Shown here: piece after piece, positions 60,487 through 64,000 of the stretch
Numbering within the stretch: position 1 is the first letter of the stretch
Layout: the number at the start of each line of letters is the position of its first letter
NCBI GenBank assembly: GCA_965206595.1
Contig: OZ242214.1
Coordinates: 4,480,001-4,544,000 of the forward strand
Length of the DNA: 64,000 nucleotides
Reading direction: 5' to 3'
Source: Candidatus Latescibacterota bacterium
GTDB lineage: Bacteria; Latescibacterota; UBA2968; UBA8231
Notes under the pieces: generated by a model
Database searches by the model: none
What the model was told of the DNA's origin: nothing
Seen by the model: only the letters and a program-made list of their open reading frames with translations
Made by a program: the position numbers and the translations under genes

Positions 60487-63416
60487 CTCTGCCCGACCGA
60501 AGCGTGAGCCGCAGCCAACTGGTGAATGTGGATCGCCTGGACTTCGCGGTTGTCGTCGTCGTGCTGCAGGCGGTAGGCCCGGGTGACGGCCTGGGCGGAC
60601 TCGTCTATCTGGTGGTACTGGTAGGCCGCTTCCGCAAGTTGCGCCTCCGCTTCCCGCCCGAGGGCGCGCAGCGACAGCATGCGGTGGTAGTGGGCGACGC
60701 GGTCCTCCGGATCGATGACGAGCACCCGGTCGAGCGCCTCGAGCGCGGCGTCGAAGCGCCCGTCGAGGTAGAGGACCCGCCCGAGGTTGCGCCAGGAGGC
60801 GCGGTCGTCGGGAAAGGAGGCGAGCACGTGGCGATAGGCGAGCTCGGCGTCGGCATAGCGCCCGTTCTTCTGATGCGTCACTCCCCACACCCATGCGGTC
60901 TGGGGGTCGCCGGACTTCAGCTCCTCGCAGCGCTGTAGGTGGCGGTAGGCTTCGTCTAGGTGGCCGTCGCGCAGCGCCGTCTTCGCCATGTTGCGCGGAC
61001 CGTCGAGGCGTTGCGGCGCCAGCTGGGCGACGGTCTCGAAAGCGAGCATGGCTCCCCGGGTGTCCCCCTGCAGCAGCAGGCCGATGCCGTAGTCGTTGAA
61101 GCGGACCCAGTCTTCCGGCACCGGAAAGCCGGGACCGGCCGCGTTCCCTTCGGCGGTAACCGCCAGGACAAGGGTGTCGGCGGCGATTTCGGTCACCGGC
61201 AGGTCGGGGACGGCGTCGAACCCGGCGAAACCGGCGCGGTTGTTGTTGAACGCGAACTCGGTGTAACGGCGGTCGAATTTCCGCCACAGCAGGCGCGCCC
61301 TGATGGTGATCCGGGAACCGGACAGATCCCCGGGCACCTCGAGCCCGTAGTGGGCGACGTCCGCGGTTCCCGGGCCGATAACCCTGACGTAGACGGGGGC
61401 GAAGATGTCCTGGGCATTGCGCTTGTGGATCGCCTCGCCGTGGCGGTCGACCAGGAGCGCCTTGTAGAAGTGGGCCCCGGGGTCGATGTGCCCGTCCTGC
61501 CTGACCCGGCCGCTGGCGGCCAGCGCGCGCCCCTCTTCGTCGGCGATGGTCACCTCGAGCCAGCCTTCGTTGGAGTCGTTGGTGCCGCCGGGGAAGGTGT
61601 GACCCACGCCCTTGTTGCGGACGACGAGGTCGAACTGTATGCGCTCACCCGGGGCAACTGAGACCTCCCCGGCCGGGGCGAGGATCTCGCCGCCGTCCTC
61701 GCGGCGCACCGCGAACAGGTCGACGCGGAGCTTCTCGTCCCGCAGGAACTCCTCGATGCGGGCGATGGTTTCGGTGTCCCCGCGCAGGAAGGGAAGGGCG
61801 GTGTTGACGGCGATGAAACGGTGCGATTTCACCATGCCGTCCTTGGCCGCGACGTCGCCGAGAACCGACTCTTCCAGGGGCATGTGGCAGTCCTGGCAGA
61901 CCCGCCTTGCCCCCGGCAGGTAGAAGGTGCGGGCGGCATTCAGGGACACGCCGCTGTCGTGCCAGTTGTCGTACTCGTCCTGGCCCCGCAGCCAGCGGTA
62001 GTTGTTGAGGCGCGTGTCGAGACTGACCTTGTGGCAGGTGGCGCAGAACTCCGAGGTGCGGAAGAACGGCTTGAGCATCTGCCGCTTGTGGACCTCCGGG
62101 CGCGCTTTCAGTGCGGTGTCGTGCACGAAGTGGCCGAGGCCGTCCTCCGAGGCGGCGAACAGGTAGGGGTCCTCCTGCTCGTCGGCGATGTTGTAGTTGC
62201 CGTTTCCCGTGACCCCGTCTATCTGGTCGATGGCGTGACAGGCCAGGCAGGTCAGTCCGGCCTGGGCCTGCGGGGTCTCCCGGTCGATCTCGCCGGTCAT
62301 CTTGCCGGCGAGCATCAGCGCCGGGTCGTGGCATCCCGAGCACCACTTCGACTTGACCAGGGCCTCCTTGTCTTCGAGGTCCTCGCGCAGGCTTTCGGGA
62401 GCCCGTTCCCTGAAATAGGCAATGTGGGCGGCGACTTCGGCGTTCCCCCCGGTCGAAACCTCCCTCATGTTTTCGATCGTCGCCTCGTAGAAGGGGTTGT
62501 TGAAAGAGGCGAAGCGATGCGCCGATTTCGACCACTGCTCGACGATGTCGGCGTGGCAGCCGGCGCACTGGGCGGCACCGATCCGCTCTTCGACGACGAA
62601 ACCGTGCCTGCGCAGATCGTCCGACAGCTGCTCGGCGTCCGGAAGGTTGCCGCGCGTGATGATGCGGGACGGCAGGTAGGATCCGGTGGTGGTCGTGGTC
62701 GCCGCGGGAAAGAACGGGCTTTCCGCCGGAACGTAGTTGGCGGGCACGAACGCGTCCGGGGCGTACTCGGCGACGTCGCGGAGCTTCGATCCGGCCCCGA
62801 GATGGGTGCCCTCGGCGAACGCCTTTTCCGCGGCCTCGGTGTAGGCCTCGCGAACGTAGGTGATTCCGTGAAGGGCCACCGCGACCAGGGCGATTCCGGC
62901 GATGGCCGCGGGCACGACGCGGTAGCTGAGGGACGACGGCTTCCAGCGCGAGGTGCGCCTGTGCAGGAGGTAGAACAGCGGCAGCAGCGCCGCGGCCCCG
63001 ACGTGACTCCAGAAAGCCCACCGGTTCTCGCGATTGTTGGCGGCGCTGAGGATGAACAGGCCGGTGACGGTCAGGAGCAGTCCCAGCCCGATGGTGACGA
63101 TGCCGGTGGCGATGGCGCGGCGGCGGCTGCGCCGCCAGACGGCCGGCAGGTGCAGCTCGACGAAGGCGACCGCCAGCACCACCAGCAGCAGGCCGGCGCC
63201 GGTGTGGGACAGCACCATCACCTGGTAGAACTTGGGAAGCGAGGTCTCGGTGACGGCGAAGTAGCCGATCTGCAGGCTGTCGGCCAGCCTGTTGACGAGG
63301 AGATAGAGGGTGTCGGCGAACATGAAGACGCCGAGACCCAGAACGACCAGAAGCAGCTGGCGCTGCCGCGGCCCGAGCCGGCTGGAGGACCTTCTTTGTG
63401 GACTGGGGTTGCTCAT
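60483..63416 (-). CDS. Membrane-anchored multiheme cytochrome c (c554-like) with C-terminal TPR repeats
   Basis: N-terminal TM helices; 5 CxxCH motifs (CAGCH, CSGCH, CLACH, CATCH, CQDCH); 'GHTFPGG'; TPR helices; ATGA overlap with the downstream gene. Confidence 0.88.
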   Translation of the reverse strand: MSNPSPQRRSSSRLGPRQRQLLLVVLGLGVFMFADTLYLLVNRLADSLQIGYFAVTETSLPKFYQVMVLSHTGAGLLLVVLAVAFVELHLPAVWRRSRRRAIATGIVTIGLGLLLTVTGLFILSAANNRENRWAFWSHVGAAALLPLFYLLHRRTSRWKPSSLSYRVVPAAIAGIALVAVALHGITYVREAYTEAAEKAFAEGTHLGAGSKLRDVAEYAPDAFVPANYVPAESPFFPAATTTTTGSYLPSRIITRGNLPDAEQLSDDLRRHGFVVEERIGAAQCAGCHADIVEQWSKSAHRFASFNNPFYEATIENMREVSTGGNAEVAAHIAYFRERAPESLREDLEDKEALVKSKWCSGCHDPALMLAGKMTGEIDRETPQAQAGLTCLACHAIDQIDGVTGNGNYNIADEQEDPYLFAASEDGLGHFVHDTALKARPEVHKRQMLKPFFRTSEFCATCHKVSLDTRLNNYRWLRGQDEYDNWHDSGVSLNAARTFYLPGARRVCQDCHMPLEESVLGDVAAKDGMVKSHRFIAVNTALPFLRGDTETIARIEEFLRDEKLRVDLFAVRREDGGEILAPAGEVSVAPGERIQFDLVVRNKGVGHTFPGGTNDSNEGWLEVTIADEEGRALAASGRVRQDGHIDPGAHFYKALLVDRHGEAIHKRNAQDIFAPVYVRVIGPGTADVAHYGLEVPGDLSGSRITIRARLLWRKFDRRYTEFAFNNNRAGFAGFDAVPDLPVTEIAADTLVLAVTAEGNAAGPGFPVPEDWVRFNDYGIGLLLQGDTRGAMLAFETVAQLAPQRLDGPRNMAKTALRDGHLDEAYRHLQRCEELKSGDPQTAWVWGVTHQKNGRYADAELAYRHVLASFPDDRASWRNLGRVLYLDGRFDAALEALDRVLVIDPEDRVAHYHRMLSLRALGREAEAQLAEAAYQYHQIDESAQAVTRAYRLQHDDDNREVQAIHIHQLAAAHASVGQR

Positions 63417-64000
63417 GCGAGGGGCTGCAACGGACCCGGCGGGGGCCGCAGGAGAGCGGTGGAGCTGCTGGAAGGGGGGCGGTTCCGCCGCTCCTGAAAT
63501 ACTCGTAACTCAAAATAATTCAGATAGTTCGGGCCGGCAAACCGCACGGCGGCGGCGGGCGGACCAGGGCTCTGGGGGAGCGCGCCGGAACCTCTTGGGA
63601 CGCACATGGCGTCCGCCCCCCCAGGCACTGCGGGACCGCGCCGGACCCGCGCTTGGGGCACACCAGTCCGCCGCCGGAAAACGCTTCCCGAGCTGCTCGA
63701 TGGAGGTCATGGAAACCTTTCCGGGCCGCCCCCGGGCTTTGGGGAGCGCCGGACTGACTCTTGGGCAAACCCGTGCGAGGCCGCCCGGACCTCGCGGCTG
63801 CTCCGGGAGCGGGTGAAAACCCGCGTGCGCGCTCCGGGGAATTTACCCGCAGTGGAGGGTACGGACGGTCGAAGCGATCCCGGGGAAGCAGAACGGCCCA
63901 ACCGCCGCGGGCAGGCTGCGAGATCCTGGGCAGGGACGGTTGCCAGCCGGCAGTGGCTTGTCCAGGCGGGGCACCGGGGGTTAGTATTGGCTCCTCTCCA

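Noticed and set aside
1-64000. tRNA, rRNA, prophage or reverse transcriptase genes
   Set aside because: I saw no cloverleaf with T-loop/anticodon signature, rRNA motif, phage structural gene or YxDD RT motif by eye; not checked computationally.

Overview
GC-rich bacterial chromosome segment. The many PhyH-family dioxygenases, the DUF6785-type membrane proteins and the large surface proteins with C-terminal 'PNGDG' Ig/FlgD-like sorting domains suggest an FCB-group organism such as Latescibacterota (inference). The main feature is a non-canonical integron-like locus at about 2.5-10 kb. An intact tyrosine recombinase (2489-3370, -) resembles IntI but lacks the IntI-specific I2 insertion. It sits divergent to a sigma70-like Pc promoter, an attI-like GTTA core, and at least 8 co-oriented cassettes. 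The cassettes are separated by unusual TAAC...ACGTTA sites with branched internal hairpins. Each complete cassette has cassette-specific 13-20 bp terminal inverted repeats whose substitution mismatches are mostly A.C on the top strand (G.T on the bottom). Two adjacent cassettes are ORF-less paralogues with a covarying long-range helix around a variable core, and are candidate ncRNA cassettes. A tail of co-oriented cassette-like genes without clear att sites runs to about 17.7 kb. The rest of the window holds an NAD salvage cluster (nadE, pncB, pncA), sugar-acid catabolic genes, PhyH paralogues with halogenase-like HxG/HxA motifs, surface proteins, a TonB receptor, an ABC exporter, a sialidase, IS481 and ISL3 elements, a low-GC restriction-modification pair and a multiheme cytochrome/ASPIC-UnbV pair. 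Frameshifts are frequent and many could be sequencing errors. All product calls come from motif recognition only, with no database searches.
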